Program-made: the position numbers and the translations under genes | Notes under the pieces: generated by a model | What the model saw: only the letters and a program-made list of their open reading frames with translations | Told to the model about the DNA's origin: nothing | Database searches by the model: none | Source of the DNA: Lama glama | Taxonomy: Eukaryota | Direction: 5' to 3' | DNA: 64,000 nucleotides | Assembly: GCA_028534125.1 (NCBI GenBank) | Contig: CM052816.1 | Span: 58,158,001-58,222,000 of the forward strand | In this document: in pieces, positions 62,335-64,000 of the stretch | Numbering within the stretch: the stretch's first letter is position 1 | How the letters are laid out: each line of letters starts with the position of its first letter

Positions 62335-64000
62335 CAGTAACATATGACAAGCCCACAGATAACATCATACTCAACAGTGAAAAGCTGAAAGCTTTTCCTA
62401 TGGAGATCAGAAACAAGACAAGGATACTTACTCTTACTAATTCTATTCAACATAGTCCTGGAAGTCCTAGCTAGAGCAACTAGGCAAGAAAAGACAAAAA
62501 AATAGAAGGCATCCAAATCAGAAAGGAAGAAGTAAAATTGTCTCTGTCTGCAGATGGCATCATATCCTATGTAGAAAACTTTAAAGACTCCACCAAAAAA
62601 CTGTTAGAATCAATAAATGAATACAGTAAAGTTACAGGATATGAACACAAAAATCAATTGTATTTTTACACACTAACAGTCAACTGTCAGAAAAAGAAAC
62701 TAAGAAAACAATCCCCTTTACAATAGCATCAAAAAAGAATGAAATGATTATGAATAAATTACACCAAGGAGGTGAAAGATCTGTACACTATAAACTATGA
62801 AACATTGATGAGAACAAATGAAAAGACACAAATAAATTAAAAGATATTCCATGTTTACAGATTATTAGAATTAATGCTGCTAAAATGTCCACACTATCCA
62901 AAGTAATCTACAGATTCAGTGCAATCCCTATCAAGATTCCAGTGGCACTTTTCATAGAAATAGAAAAAAAAAATCCTATAATTCTTATGGAACCATAAAG
63001 GATCCTGAATAGCCAAAGCAGTCTTAAGAAAGAAGAACAAAGCTGGAGGTATTACACTTCTGATTTCAAAATACATTACAAAGCTATAGCAATCAAAAAC
63101 AGTTTGGTATTGGCATAAAAACAAATACATAAAAATGTTAAAAACAAACAAACACATAAATCAATGGAACAGAACAGAGAACCAGAAATAACCATGTGTC
63201 AATTAATTTTTGACAAAATAACCAAGAATATACGATGCAAAAAGGATAGTCTCTTTAATAAATGGCGTTGGGATAACTGAATATCCACAGGCAAAATAAT
63301 GAAACTAGCCCTCTACCTTACATCACACACAAAAATCAACTCAAAATGGATTAAAGATTTGGTGAAATACTTGAAACCACAAACTCCTAGAAGAAAGTAT
63401 AAGGGTAAGTTTATTGACATCAGACTTGGCAATGACTTTTTGGATATGACACCAAAAGCAAAGGGAACAAATGCAAATAAAGAGGGACTACGTTAAACTA
63501 AAAAGCTTCTGCACAGCAAGTGAAACCATCAACAAAATGAAAAGGCAACCTATGAAATGGGAGGAAATATTCACAAACCACATTTCTGGTAAGGGGTTAA
63601 TATCCAAAATACAGGTGCTTCACTTCGTTGTGCTTCACAGATACTGCCTTTTTCACAAATTGAAGGTTTTTGGCAACGCTGCATTGTCAGGTGATGGTTA
63701 AAGTACTTTTCAATTAAGGTACATACTTTTTTTAGACATAAAACTATTATACACTTAATAGACTACAGTATAGTGTAAATACAACTTTCATATGCACTAG
63801 TAAACAACTTCATATGACTCACTTTATTGCAATATTCACTTTATTGCTATGCTCTGGAATTGAACCTATAATATCTACAAGGTAAGCCTATATACAAGGA
63901 ACTCATACAACTCAACAGCAAAAAACAAACAACCCAATTTTTAAATGGGCAAAGGACCTAATAGATACTTTTCCCAAAAAAGACATATAAGTGGTCAACA
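62335..64000 (+). mobile_element. L1 ORF2 remnant (RT region onward), running off the window end
   Basis: catatgacaagcccacagataacatcatactcaacagtgaaaagctgaaagc; ORF 62538-62726 (LSADGII.YVENFKDSTKKLLE.INEYSKVTGY, a degenerate LFADDM); VKLKSFCTASETINKMKRQP. Confidence 0.93.
63612..63890 (+). mobile_element. Short Tigger1 deletion derivative inserted in L1
   Basis: ta|cagg...gcttcacagatactg...ttaatagactacagtatagtgtaaa...aaggtaagccta|ta, with a TA TSD. The L1 reads through as tatccaaaata/tacaaggaactc. Confidence 0.9.

Overview
This is a placental-mammal genomic window, not a prokaryotic one. The L1 3' ends and Tigger1 deletion derivatives look cetartiodactyl, probably camelid; I saw no Alu, B1/B2, BovB/Bov-tA, PRE-1 or Can-SINE. 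It is mostly intergenic or intronic and dominated by interspersed repeats: several L1 age classes (often nested, with visible TSDs), L2, L3/CR1, MIR, MaLR/ERVL/ERV1 LTRs and hAT/Tigger DNA transposons. There is a 500-N placeholder gap at 59395-59894. I recognise no intact, nameable protein-coding gene, RNA gene or CRISPR array; nearly all ORFs in the track are L1/L2/L3 remnants or chance frames. The best non-routine signals are: (1) a phase-consistent chain of minus-strand exon-like blocks at 6156-8486 with few stops, possibly a decayed gene; (2) a MaLR LTR 3' fragment apparently retroposed by L1, with a perfect 17-bp TSD; (3) two local copy events of old repeat sequence, one direct and one inverted; (4) a young L1 5' end running into the gap. 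I found no convincing evidence of a novel biological system. Repeat family names come from my recall of consensus sequences, not from a search, and most boundaries are approximate.
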